DNA from: Eledone cirrhosa
Taxonomy: Eukaryota
Assembly: GCA_964016885.1 (NCBI GenBank)
Contig: OZ024742.1
Coordinates: 353,276,001 to 353,340,000 of the forward strand
Direction: 5' to 3'
Length of the DNA stretch: 64,000 nucleotides
Shown here: piece by piece, positions 11,478 through 25,217 of the stretch
Layout of the letters: the number at the start of each line of letters is the position of its first letter
Position numbering within the stretch: the stretch's first letter is position 1
Program-made: the position numbers and the translations under genes
Notes under the pieces: generated by a model
What the model was told of the DNA's origin: nothing
Database searches by the model: none
The model's input: the letters and a program-made list of their open reading frames with translations, nothing else

Positions 11478-14400
11478 TAATGTAATTTAAACAACTAAAG
11501 TACGCTAATACTATTTTTTAGCAATTCATAAAATTCATTTCTTAAACTCCATATGTGTAACGAAAGATCTGTAATTTCCTGTTTCATCTATATTCTAGAA
11601 ACAGGTGTTTAAAGAATTCATTTTAGAAATTATTATTCATTTAAAGAAGATGTCTTAACATTGCACTTAATATTTGAAACATAACCTAATGAATAGCCAG
11701 AGAGCAACAGAAGAAACAAATATTAATGTTGAATGGCATTTTATATTTTCTACAGTTTTATTTTCCCCTGGAATTAGCTATTGATTATATTATGTTCCTC
11801 TAATACACGGCGAGGCTATTAAATTTATGACAGTTTAGATGGCATATACAATTATGTGATTATTTGTAAAAACCGGGGTTCCCTTGCGTTCACTAATTAT
11901 GACATTATAGAATTTAATTTACAATTCATCACTCCTCTCCCGCTAATGACGTATTTTTAGTGAGAATAATTCATTTTTGTAATACATATTCATTATGAAT
12001 TAGCTGAACATATTTATTTTTATTTTCCTTCTACTAATTTTGAAAATCAATTTTTGAGGATGCAAGTTGTAAAAACAAATTAGTTAAACAGAAAACACAT
12101 GTCATCAATGATAATTACACGGAACTTATCATTGATTTCCAAAAGGAATCCTTTACAAATGGGAGTGGGACAGTGTAATATCGTCTTTGAAAATGGCACA
12201 CTTCCGTAATGGAATTATGATAAAATATTAGATGCTTATAAGAGCAAAATATTTAATGAACGTCCCAGAACTTGGCAAAGTGTACTTCTAAACGTTCGGA
12301 AGTCAACATCCCCAGTTATCACACACACATAGCAATAAGAACACTGTGTAACGTTATAAAATATTTTATTGTGTAATCATTATAACAATATTGTTATACT
12401 TTGGGAGTGTCATGTTGCCAATAACAATACTATATCAGAATCTATTCTCATGTTTGTGTAGTCTTAATATTCTCTGTTCACGCCCAGTATGTCATCTGTT
12501 AGCTGTAAAAGAGTTTTTTAATTAAATATCTGAAATATATTCCTTTTCGTTCCTACTTTACTGGATCATTTTCGAAGTTTTTTTCCATTCCCATGGGTCA
12601 TCGCTTTTTTGTGTTACACCTGGGATATTCTGAAACCAATTGAATATTCCAACAAAGTCGAATTGATACATCGTTGGGAATACATCAAATTCATAGTATT
12701 TCATACTGTTTTATATTTCCTCACTTATATATTTAATTTATCATTTGTATTATTAAATATAATTTTAATTATCCAATAGACCTACTGTATGTGTCGGTTC
12801 CCTTTTGTTTTCCCGTTGTAATTGATATTATTACTTATTGTAAGATATCCCCCAAAGAATAGGCATATGTGAGACATTATGTTCTTTATTTTGTTGTTTA
12901 TTTTCTTTCATAATATCTAGCAAATATATAATATTCCTATTACGATTTCACATTTATGTTTGGCATTTAGATTCAACGTTAATTTGAATTTAATTTATGG
13001 ATTTTTACATTCTTTAATTCACTCGCTATATATAATATATATCATTGCCAGTCTAGTTTTTGTTTATATTTCAATCCGAGAAATAATATTTTATATACAA
13101 TATTTCCAATTAAAATCCAATAATTTAGCTAATAGTTCAGACAATAAAGCCAAATAGCTTTGCTTCAAATAATGCTTGTAATAGTTTTATGTTATTTAAG
13201 AAGAGTACTCTTGCTATGATATCTAATGGCATTTTTATTTGACAGGAAACCAATTGAATATAATTTCAAGTGAGGTTTCGGTGGCATATTGGCTTTCGAT
13301 ATACATTTTTGTTTGTAGGTGGGAAAATATGCTGAACTGAATTAATAACTGTAACCATGTGTCTTTTTTATCAAATTGCTCCGTGAACAACTCAAATCCG
13401 CCATATGATTCTATAACAATTCAATCTGAATAAGTTTGATTTCCAGGTTGTATTTCTGTTTGAACATTATATGAAGACATATTGGAAGAAATACAAATAT
13501 GAAAGATATTCACATTGAAGCATCCGAAATAAAAGAACAAAATCAAGACCACAATCAATTATACATGTTTGGACTGATTTAGGAAATCTTAAAATTAAAA
13601 GTGTGATTGAACATTAATAAAAACCTATAAATGTTTCTGCCCTTCCATGAAATCTCCTTATATATTATTTATATGAACCTGGTCAGAAATGTTTTCGTTA
13701 CACTTCTTCAAAGCCACGTAATGGATTTTAACATCCTAACACATCTAAATATTTTCAATATTGAGCAAAGAAACAAATGTGTTATGCCAACACGAGTATT
13801 TATTGATATATAATTCACAAATTAGCCATATATTTAACGGCTATTTTACAGGGTCGTTTCTTCCTGTTCTACACAAGAAGGGAAATGTTATTCTAGAAAA
13901 TGTTATATTCGATAAAGTTGAAATTTTCCGAGTTATATATCTTTACAATAGTGATGATATATTTAATATAATTCAATACATATATTTCATTAACCTTAAT
14001 TACTGTGCCAGATTTTGAATCCACTTCAAAGTAATAGTAATAGTAATAAGATCTGTAAATGGATACAATTTTAAAAAGATGGACTCATTATATAATGGAT
14101 GTTTTCATTATTGATATTTGCACTTAATATCAGATTCAGGTCATTAGGATATGTTTATTTACATAATTAAATATACAGAGAAAATATTATTCCCTATCGC
14201 CCTACGATAGATGAGTTTAGAGCTTGTTATTTCATAATTGTGAAATAACCTACATGAATACTAATGTGGTTTTACGTTATTGTTTGTGAAATATAAAACT
14301 TAAAGAGAAATAATGGGAATTTCCAATTGTTGACAATATTTCTCTTTAAGAAAAAACAACTACCGTATTTTCTCTCGATTTTGACTTTAGTCTACACTGC

Positions 14401-14937
14401 AAGAAGACAATATATTGATCACTATCAAACAGTGGAATTATTATCCTGCAATATAAAATGTCTCAGATATTTCAAGAAGATTATTGTTTTGAAATATTAT
14501 GTATTGTTTTAGAAGGTTTCCTGAATGCTATGTTTTCAATTTGTTTTTAATTGTCTACGTCCATATTTATTATTTTATTTTATTTGTATATGGAAGTAAT
14601 TCAAATTTAATTACTTTTGAAACATTTCTTTTTTTGTAAACTTCCTATTCTGTTTATAGTTCACTATAACGCTTTTATTTGAAGTCAATCTGTTTCATCA
14701 GTTTTTTGTGTTCTGAAATATTTGTTTTCCTTTCAATTTCAGGATGTACTGGATGAAATACCTTTTCTGAAATACAGTTTGATATTGTATTGTTGAGCAG
14801 AAGAATAAATAAGTATACATAAATGACGTTTCGCTTCCATAGAAATATATATATATATATATATGTATGTATATATATATATATATATAAATAAAGTTAA
14901 ATAAAAGTCAAATGATTAAAATTTAGCTTCGTTTATT

Positions 14938-14992
14938 ACTGCTATATATATTTCAGTGACAGCCATCTTTGGCTGTGACCTCTTCAGGCAGT
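14938..14992 (-). ncRNA. Minimal type I hammerhead ribozyme (mirror copy)
   Basis: Reverse complement of 15223-15277 in the left palindrome arm. Confidence 0.85.
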
Positions 14993-15222
14993 TTGAATTA
15001 GTATGGTATAGACAAGTACATATGTTGTTTAGGTGTATGATATTGTCAATACTCTGATATGCCCAGTTCCTTGTTGGGTTGTTAATTCACTGGGGAACTG
15101 GAGTCATATGACTCCAGTTCCCCAGTGAATTAACAACCCAACAAGGAACTGGGCATATCAGAGTATTGACAATATCATACACCTAAACAACATATGTACT
15201 TGTCTATACCATACTAATTCAA

Positions 15223-15277
15223 ACTGCCTGAAGAGGTCACAGCCAAAGATGGCTGTCACTGAAATATATATAGCAGT
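15223..15277 (+). ncRNA. Minimal type I hammerhead ribozyme, intact core
   Basis: ACTGC-CTGAAGA-[ggtcacagcca aaga tggctgtcact]-GAAA-tatata-TA-GCAGT; 5-bp stem I, stem II, palindromic stem III; predicted cleavage after 15272. Confidence 0.85.
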
Positions 15278-15425
15278 AATAAACGAAGCTAAATTTTAAT
15301 CATTTGACTTTTATTTAACTTTATTTTACACTACTCCGGAGTAACCAAAACAACCTGCGCACTTCGTCGAGTGCTCCAGCCTGCATACTGAGGTGTTGGT
15401 ATACAACCAACATAAACTCTAAATC

Positions 15426-15487
<62 letters not shown>

Positions 15488-15640
15488 CTACCGATATATG
15501 TATACAGATGCATACCTATGTTAGCAAATATATATGTTTTGTCTTAGTAACTTTGTGGTTCTATGCAAGGGGATGCAGAACAATTATATGAAAGACATAA
15601 ATGAGAAAGTTATGAAAATTGACTTACTTACTAAAATTTC

Positions 15641-15721
15641 AATTCAACTGATTAGTTTCTGTAAGGGGATAAATATGGTTACGGAGTGTACCCATAGAGA
15701 AGCCTTACGTCATCAGGGAGT
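15641..15721 (-). ncRNA. Type I hammerhead with extended stem II (second copy)
   Basis: actcc-CTGATGA-cgtaagg...ccttaca-GAAA-ctaatcag-TT-gaatt; two-copy consensus gives stem I ACTCC/GGAGT. Confidence 0.65.
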
Positions 15722-16514
15722 CTATTCTCAGCTAATCTTCCAGGCAATGCGGAGACACTGGGAACTTATATGAAAAAATTCACTGTATGGAAAAAAGCCA
15801 CCGGGCTAGATTCCAAGACATTGAAAAATTCACTGCCTACTTGGTCAAGTGGCAAATTCAAAAGAATCAATCACGTGACACTGAGGTTAATCTGCTAGGA
15901 GTGGGGGTGCTATTACGACAGAGCGTAGCCACTACTATTAATCACACTAGTAATTTCGGCAAATTTTGCTCAACAAATAATTTGGAGATAAATTATAAAG
16001 AATTAATACATCTACCGACATATGTATTCAGATGCATACCTATGTTAGCAAATATATATGTTTTGTCTTAGTAACTTTGTGGTTCTATGCAAGGGATGCA
16101 GAACAATTATATGAAAGACGTAAATATAATTGTTCTGCATCCCCTTGCATAGAACCACAAAGTTACTAAGACAAAACATATATATTTGCTAACATAGGTA
16201 TGCATCTGTATACATATGTCCGTAGATATATTAATTCTTTATAAGTAACTCCAAATTATTTGTTGAACAAAATTTGCCGAAATTACTACTGTGATTAATA
16301 GTAGTGGCCAGGCTCTGTTTTAATAGCACCCCCACTCCTAGCTGATTAACCTCAGTGTCACGTGATTGATTCTTTTGAATTTTCCACTTCACCACGTAGG
16401 CAGTGAATTTTCCAATGTCTTGGAATCTAGCCCCTCCTTTTTTCCCATCCACTGAATTATTTTTATATAAGTTCCCAGTGTCCCCGCATTGCCTGGAAGC
16501 TTAGCTGAGAATAA

Positions 16515-16594
16515 ACACCCTGATGACGTAAGGCTTCTCTAGGGTACACTCCGTAACCATATTTATCCTCTTACAGAAACTAATTAGATGGAGT
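16515..16594 (+). ncRNA. Type I hammerhead with extended stem II (UH site mutated in this copy)
   Basis: acacc-CTGATGA-cgtaagg...cttaca-GAAA-ctaattag-at-ggagt. Confidence 0.65.
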
Positions 16595-16990
16595 GAAATT
16601 TTAGTAAGTAAGTCAATTTTCATAACTTTCTTAATTACGTCTTTCATATAATTGTTCTGCATCCCCTTGCATAGAACCACAAAGTTACTAAGACAAAACA
16701 TATATATTTGCTAACATAGGTATGCATCTGTATACATATGTCGGTAGATATATTAATTCTTTATAATTATCTCCAAATTATTTGTTGAGCAAAATTTTCC
16801 CAAATTACTACTGTGATTAATAGTAGTGGCTAGGCTCTGTCTTAATAGCACCCCCACTCCTAGCAAATTAACCTCAGTGTCACGTGATTGATTCTTTTGA
16901 ATTTTCCACTTCACCACGTAGGCAGTGAATGTTTCAATGTCTTGGAATCTAGCCCCGCTCGCTTTTTTCCATCACTGAATTATTTTCATG

Positions 16991-18053
<1,063 letters not shown>

Positions 18054-18164
18054 ATAGAATTTAGAATGGTGACTTTATATTCATTAGAAATATTTCATAA
18101 ATATATATTTCTATATATATATATATATATTTCATTTATATATATTTCTCTATATATATATATA

Positions 18165-20440
18165 GAATGATTAGGTATCGAGAGAGAGAAGAACATGGAA
18201 AGATGGGCGATACATATATTTAGTTGCTAATAGTTTATGCATATGTGCTCATTACTCGTGCCTACAGGGTTAAATGTTAGAGGCGTCAATATTTAGTGGG
18301 CGAGAAAAAATAATCTGAGCAATTATAAAGGAAATTAATACAAAGAGTTTAAAATCTTTAAAACATGCCTACGTACCTTTCACCCGGAATGGACTTATCA
18401 AGGGCATGGAAAGCAACATAATGATCAATACAGGACCCAGGGGGGAATTCACGGTTAAACTAACATCATCGCTCATTTTTCCCCGTTTGTGCATGTGTTT
18501 TTATTATCTTAGAGCAGGGGGAGTAACTCTGGCCAGTGTTCAAACAATCAGTCCCATGTGGATTTTTATACCTGTTAATGTGCTGGTGTTTACCATCTTT
18601 ATATTATGTGTGTTGTTTCACTAGTGCCAGTACAGGTCGGGTCTGGGGTGTACATTTATTATTTAGTGGATGTTACTTCACTAATGTTTGTTCGAGTATA
18701 GTCTGCGGTGTACATTTGGTGCACAGATTTTGTTCATACTGCCTTCCCTCCGGGGTGCTATGGTTCGGGCAGGGGGACCCAGTTCGTAGTGTTCATGTCA
18801 TAGTCGCCTCCCAGGCAAAATACGACGGCTGTACCCGGTGTTTACAATTAATAACTGATTCTGCTCGGCTGTGTATTAGCTCGTGGGGTGTTCTTATGAT
18901 GTAGTACAGCTCCATGAGGCAGAGCTGGCAATTCCCTCTGAAGTTGTAAGGTGCAGCCCTAATGACATTATCCCCGTGTGTGAAGAAGCTTATGTTGGCG
19001 TCTTGCAATGTGGTGACGTAGTTGGGAAGCGATGTGGAGTGCCTTAGTTTTTTGGGGCCTGAAAGAGTGGAAATGCGTTCTAAATCTCGTTTTAAACTGG
19101 CCAGAGGTGGCTCCTATACAGTGTTTAACTCCGCTATGGCTAGTTACGGTGCACCTATAAATAACCTCATCAGTCAGGCCGTTTCCCCTGATATGGCAGC
19201 CTCCCCTGGCACCACAGTTGCATTTTCCGGCACGGTCGCTCCTAGTTCCGGAAGGAAAGCTATTATTATTGCTATCTATGTTCTTATCTGTGTCTCTAAC
19301 TCTGTCATTGGTACTGTTATCTCTCAAGGCGTGCGGTGTTGTACCATTATTATTCCGCACGCCACGGCCCGTTCTGCTGCCGGTGGGTGACGCGTGTGGG
19401 TCGCAGGTATATTCTCCAATCACGCCCTGGTTACGTGGATTTCGTCAGCTGGGGCGGCCATAAACCCTATTTGGTGCTGTTAGGGGCATGTTAAGGTTAT
19501 TAGTGTTGTTGTGAGGTCAAGATGCATCTGTACTAAGGTGTAGTGTTTTGTTAATCTTACTGTGATTAGTTACTCCTATTATATCAGCTAGATTGGGGAT
19601 GGTAGAGGAGGATATTTATATATAGTTCCCGTTAAGTATTTTTCTGTATTTATGATCAGGGGGGACATTTCTCTCCAAGGCTTCGAAGAATATCCTCGGT
19701 ACGTCAGAGGCCACACTCCGAGTGTGGGGGGGGGGGGGGGGGCATATGATATTACGGTGGCGTTTCCTCTTTACAGTGGGTTTGCTACAGGTTGTGCTTC
19801 CTAGTTAACAGTACTTACGGTTGTTCATGTGCTGTATCCGGTTATGTGTCCCCTTTACTTTATGTTCAGGTAGGGGCGCCTTAACTCCGTACTTTCTATG
19901 TGTGGCTAGACGTGGTTGGAGGCTGTTTGGTAATAGGCCGCCGCCGTTGCTAGTCTTATAGTTAGAGAATAACTCTAATAGGCTGCAGCGGGTGGCGTTA
20001 CCAATCGGGTAACACTTACCATACTGTCGGTTGTCTTTATCGACAATCATGTAATTAACGGTGTAGTCAAATTTGTTAGTGTGGTTCTCTATACTATAGT
20101 TATTGACGCTGTCATGGCTGTAGCGTGCTCTGTTATGGGTATGGCTCACTATAACATTAGTCCTACGTTGGTGTTGGTTTCTAGACCTAGCGTTAAATAT
20201 GTGGGGATATTTTCCGGTTAAAACCAGCATTTAGTAAAGCGTTATTGTAATATTCGGCCGCTCGGTTGAATATATATTTATTGGCGGAGAGCCTCGAGAT
20301 CCTATGGGATATGCTATATACTATGACGTTGAGAGTAGACTTAGGGTGGATAGATGCATAGTTTATATAGGACAGGATCTCACCGGGCTTATGGTATGGC
20401 GTGTACAGGTCCGTACTAAACTCTTTGTGTTCATTTCCTT
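18165..20440 (-). mobile_element. 5'-truncated Penelope-like element (RT thumb, long linker, GIY-YIG, pLTR) in (TA)n
   Basis: YTPYHKPGEILSYINYASIHP..ISHRISRLSANKYIFN..YYNNAL (thumb); VIYRCTV..HCIGATSGQFKTRFRTH; CQLCLMELYYII..CKHR; hammerhead in the 3' repeat. Confidence 0.88.
18364..18408 (-). ncRNA. Minimal hammerhead, U3-A8 core variant
   Basis: CATGCCC-TTGATAA-gtcc(attcc)gggt-GAAA-ggtacg-TA-GGCATG. Confidence 0.7.
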
Positions 20441-21347
20441 TATATATATATATATATATATAAAATAGAGCTAGAAGCCAGGATTATCCATCATCGGGTG
20501 AGCGCGAACGATAACTAAAATAAGTTATTGGGATAAAAAGAATTGTGTGGAGAAAGAGAGACATGTAAACAAACAAGTATGGTGAGGCAACGTAGAGTGG
20601 AAAAAATAAGAAAACAAGTCAATGAAAAATGTGAACATAAGATTTAGCGAATCATTGACGAGAAGATGACAGACACGTCTAAGCCAAGCGAAATGTGAGT
20701 GAGAAAAGAATTTCACACGGATCAGAGGGGAGGAAGTGAGAGAGGGTGAGTAGCAGAGAGTGAATGAGTGAAAGTGTGAGGAAGAGGCTAGCCGAGAGAG
20801 GGTGACTAGCAGAGGGAATGAATGAAAGTAAGAGGTACAAGGAGAGAGAAGGGGGAGATAGCAAGTGGATAGCAGTAAGGGTAGAGAAAAAGACAGGTCA
20901 CAGCAAAGGACATCATATGTACGAGCGCTCTCTAATATTACAATTTTACACAGCTGTATTTGAAACGTTTCTCAATTACGTTTTGCGAAAAATTATGAAT
21001 AAATACGCGCTTCCTTGTTATATGCAACATACACAAAGTGGTTTTCCTAATACCTGAACATGGAAGCTCGTTCTTCCCCAAACTATCTCACTCACATCCA
21101 CACATACATTCACACATACGTAGTCCTACACACATAAACACACACACCAGCTTCCGCTCGGACGTCCTGTCTCCTCATCCCCACTAAAACTTCCACTACA
21201 CGCCTCACACCCGTTCACCACTTGTTTCATTTTAATTTGTTTACCTTCTTTTTAATTGTTTTTCCCTCCCCATAATTCCACCCACCCGTTGTAATGTATT
21301 TCCACCACTCCCTCTCACACCCTTGGAACTCATTTCCTTCCCAATGT

Positions 21348-21380
21348 TCTCCTGATGAAGGGTTTATGCCCGATATGCCG
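21348..21380 (+). ncRNA. Degenerate PLE-type hammerhead
   Basis: CTGATGA-aggg(tttatg)ccc-GATA; GAAA mutated and 3' side lost. Confidence 0.35.
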
Positions 21381-21572
21381 CCCCCACCCCTCTCAAGCGT
21401 GCACCTAATACTAACATTTTGTACTGATATATATATATATATATATATATACATATTGATTAGTTCTTGTTTTTTAACTTTTAGTGCTTGCCAACAGAAC
21501 TCTGAGTTTGCCTTTCGTTTCGCTTCTTCTATCCGCCAAAAGGCGATTCTCGATGAGTCTATATTTATATAT

Positions 21573-21637
<65 letters not shown>

Positions 21638-21884
21638 GATATATACAGTGAGAGAAAGAGAGCGAGAGGGATAGAGCGAGAGGGAGAGAGGGGGATATAG
21701 GGAGAGAGAGTGAGAGAGAGAGGGTGCGAACATGTGTATAAGAGTGCGAGAGAGGAGGAGCGAGTGTGTGTACTAGAGAGAGAGAGGGGAGGGAGTGTGT
21801 GTGAGATATATATAAATAGAGAGAGAGGCAAACAGAGAGAAAGAGAAAGAGAGTGATCATATATGCTTACACATAAATATGGAT

Positions 21885-22120
21885 GCGTGATTAGAATATT
21901 TCAGGAATGAAATGCTGTACATATTTTGCAGGCAAAACCAACAACGGGAGACCCTGTGGTAGACCCCGGATTGAATTGATGGATAACACCCAATAACTTG
22001 GCAGGACACGATTGGGAATCCAGTCGGTTCAGTTGGAGTCAGCTCGGCAGGAATGTTGAGACTAGATATAAGGAGCAGACTAACTACTACCACGTGTCGA
22101 TACAACAACCTTCCACAATC
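21885..22120 (+). mobile_element. Degenerate RTE-clade LINE 3' fragment
   Basis: Similar to the 30.9-31.4 kb fragments (GTGATTAGAATAT.TCAGG; GGTAGACC); encodes a G.RP.GRPR-like C-terminal motif. Confidence 0.45.
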
Positions 22121-22312
22121 AATCGATACTCTGAAACGAATGTAAAATAATAAACTAATTAAATACCCATTTCAGATTTCTGTCTTTTTTTCAAAGTTCT
22201 GAACACATACTTACACACACGCACACACACATATATACATATACACAGACACATACAGATACACACACATATACACAGACACAGACACAGGCACACACAC
22301 ATATATATATAT

Positions 22313-22362
<50 letters not shown>

Positions 22363-22391
22363 ACACATGCACACACGCACACACACACACA

Positions 22392-22460
<69 letters not shown>

Positions 22461-22463
<3 letters not shown>

Positions 22464-23038
22464 AGGGTGTTAAAGTTTGCTTGAAGCATTGTAAAATGTG
22501 TAAAATATGTAGTTTAGAAAGCCCCAACAATGCAGAGGGAAATCTCGAGGTAGGAAGTGAATGATAGATAAGAGAATAGGATAAAGTGAAAATTGAGAGA
22601 GACAAAGATGAAAACAAAACAAAGGTAGAAGGGTTACCGTAGTGGAGATTTAATCCCAATATTTCGGGCTCACGCCCATCAACGGGGGAAAGTTCCAAAA
22701 GGGGGGGAACAGGCTAAGCGGAGAAAGTTGTGATGTTAAAACCGGAATGCCGTTATTTTAAATAATTTTTCTCCCCATAACGGCATTCCGGTTTTAACGA
22801 CATCACAACTTTCTCCGCTTAGCCTGTCCCCCCCCCTTTTTGGAACCTACCCCCGTTGATGGGCGTGAGCCCGAAATATTGGGATTAAATCTCGACTACG
22901 GTAACCCTTCTACCTTTGTTTCGTTTTCATCTTTGTCTCTCTCAATTTTCACTTTATCCTATTCTCTTATCTATCATTCACTTCCTACCTCGAGATTTCC
23001 CTATGTATTGTTGTGGCTTTCTAAACTACATATTTTAT
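22461..23038. repeat. Fold-back palindrome, about 255-bp diverged arms (22501-22756 / 22778-23038), (TA)n-flanked
   Basis: Arms are reverse complements with scattered mismatches; each has a hammerhead-like ccc-CCGTTGA-tggg(cgtgag)ccc-GAAA-tatt-ggg (22850-22883). Confidence 0.85.
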
Positions 23039-23040
23039 AT

Positions 23041-23086
<46 letters not shown>

Positions 23087-23133
23087 TAGCGAGAATCGTA
23101 TGTCGGCTTAGGAATTAACGAAAAACAACTTCC

Positions 23134-23195
<62 letters not shown>

Positions 23196-23205
23196 TATAT
23201 TTATA

Positions 23206-24082
23206 CGAGGTGTGTCAGATAAGTTCCAGGACTGATGTCTCAAAATATTTATTTCAAACCCAAACTTCACTGTAATAGTTTTCTCCTTCAAATTAATGGA
23301 GTATGTAACTGTAAACTTAGCTCACTGCAGCGATCAAACTTTTTTCTTCATAATTTTATATATGTGTCCTCTGTTTCAGGTCGTCATGCAATGAATAAAG
23401 AGAAACGAACAAACTTGAAGTTTCTGGTACAGTTGGGGAAAACTCCCCCAGAAGCACTGGGATTGTTGCAGCAAGTGTATGGAGATGAGACGATTATACG
23501 CTCACGTGTTTTTGAGTGTTGCAAGAGGATCCCAGGAGCGGAAGGCCCTCAACAACCAGGACTAAGGTAAACGTTGAACGCGTCAGGCAGATGTTTCGTA
23601 GCGCTCCTCAGCTGACTGTCCGAGTGATGGCAAATGAGCTGTGCATAAGTCGGGACAGCGTCTGCAATATTCTCACTGAAGATTTGTCATGTGGAAAGTC
23701 TGCGCGAAGATGGTGCCAAAACTGCTGAACGATGACCAGTATGGTCAACGCATGCAGGTGTGCCAGAACATCCTCGAGCGTCTAGAAACCGAACCAGATT
23801 TGCTAGAGACAGTAATCACCGGTGAAGAGTCATGAATCTTCGAGTACGACCAGGAGGGGACCCGCTTTGAAGATGTGGACGCATAAAAAAAGGAGTGACG
23901 ACGGAACTGCGGAGGATCCCGGAAGAATCCTTCCAAGAGTGCATGCAAACGTGGCAGAAAAGGATGTAAAAGTGCATTAGACACCAGGGGGATTACTTTG
24001 AGGCAGAAAAATGTAGTGTGAAGATTGGGTTTGAAATAAATCTTTCGTGACATCAGTCCTGGAACTTTTCTGACAACACACC

Positions 24083-24085
<3 letters not shown>
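23206..24085 (+). mobile_element. Internally deleted mariner DNA transposon
   Basis: About 65-bp imperfect TIRs CGAGGTGTGTCAGATAAGTTCCAGGACTGATGTC...; TA context; transposase remnants (LKFLVQLGKT..VYG, RSGRPST, MVPKLL, VITGEES, GDYFE); middle of DDD domain missing. Confidence 0.9.
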
Positions 24086-24122
<37 letters not shown>

Positions 24123-24688
24123 AATCTTCATATATTATAATCTCCCATATGTTTGAGATGCAATTCAGGCAGTATTAGGCTGCGTTTTATAGCAACCAGC
24201 CCACTCGCCATAAGGCACCAATCACATTCTTTCTGACTTGACCACTGCCACGTCACAGTTCTTAGCCATTGTGAATTCGTCTCTGGCGGGGATCATTTAA
24301 GAAAAATCTTCGTCCAAATGAGTTTATTTCCTGATGATTTTCAAACTCGTGAATTTATCCATGATGGGATATTTCCAAAAAACGAATGAAATCTCATGGG
24401 GTAGAAACATCATGTTGGTATGCTTATATACATTTTTTCTTCTAACTTTGATATTATGCATAATTGTGTATGGATGACGATATATTTAATCGATTTTCAG
24501 GTGCTATTAGAAATGTTTGGTAAATATTCTATAGCTGATGATCGCGGATAGATAGCTGTCGTTTATTTATCTATTACTTCTTCATAGGTGCCTTTTAATC
24601 ATATAGCCTTTTTTAATTGCTTTTTTGTGTGTGGTTGACTATGTTGATTGGGAGAGGAAATAATGTATATATTTTATGGATATACTTT

Positions 24689-24764
<76 letters not shown>

Positions 24765-24766
<2 letters not shown>

Positions 24767-25217
24767 AATTAGAATTGGAGCACTGAAATAGCAATATATA
24801 TATGGATGTATATATAATGTATTTGGCAATACACTTTATGCTTAATTAAAAGCATTTTGAAGACCGTAAGCTATTGTTTTAAAGTAGTGACAAATTCACT
24901 CACTTTGATCTCAGCAAACAGGGGAGATAAGCCGACAAGACTTGTTTCGCTTTGGTTGAAGCTTATCAAGGCCAACTACCCCGCCTGCTTGCTGAGATCA
25001 TTGATGTTATATTCTTATAGAAATCTAGTAAATAATCAGGAGCTGATTATGCAGAGCGGTTGTTGGTCAGGCAGAAATTAAAAATTAGAATTGGAGCTCT
25101 GAAATAGCAATATATATATGGATGTATATATAATGTATTTTGCAATACACGTTATGCTTAATTAAAAACATTTTGAAGACCGTAAGCTATTGTTTTAAAG
25201 TAGTGACAAATTCACTA
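24765..25217 (-). mobile_element. Retrozyme-like element: about 317-bp unit, about 1.4 copies
   Basis: 24765-24900 repeated at 25082-25217; hammerhead inside a long hairpin between the repeats; abuts (TA)n. Confidence 0.75.
24930..24973 (-). ncRNA. Type I hammerhead, U3-A8 core variant, GUC site
   Basis: GGCC-TTGATAA-gctt(caacca)aagc-GAAA-caa(gtc)ttg-TC-GGCT; stem I extended by 24907-24922 pairing with 24984-24999. Confidence 0.78.

Larger units (their letters stand above)
14889..15424. mobile_element. Spacer-less 438-bp palindrome (14889-15326) plus about 100-bp tail; PLE pseudo-LTR-like insertion in (TA)n
   Basis: Arms mirror about CAT|ATG at 15107/15108; one hammerhead per arm; (TA)n on both sides. 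Confidence 0.85.
15484..16988. mobile_element. Retrozyme/pLTR-like non-coding element: about 523-525-bp unit, about 1.2 units forward then about 1.65 units inverted
   Basis: 15484 recurs near 16009; inversion junction near 16124; 16124 recurs near 16647; (TA)n on both flanks; hammerhead motif in the unit. Confidence 0.8.

Noticed and set aside
11290-14800. Possible host exons after pyrimidine-tract/AG acceptors (about 11329, 13318, 13447, 14742; also 24500, 40160)
   Set aside because: No coherent reading frame or recognisable protein; needs RNA-seq.
21227-22489. ORFs rich in YI, SL, ER or CV repeats (also 9139-9637, 31364-31767, 53311-55231, 61083-61574)
   Set aside because: Translations of (TA)n, (CT)n, (CA)n, (ATT)n and (AAG)n microsatellites.
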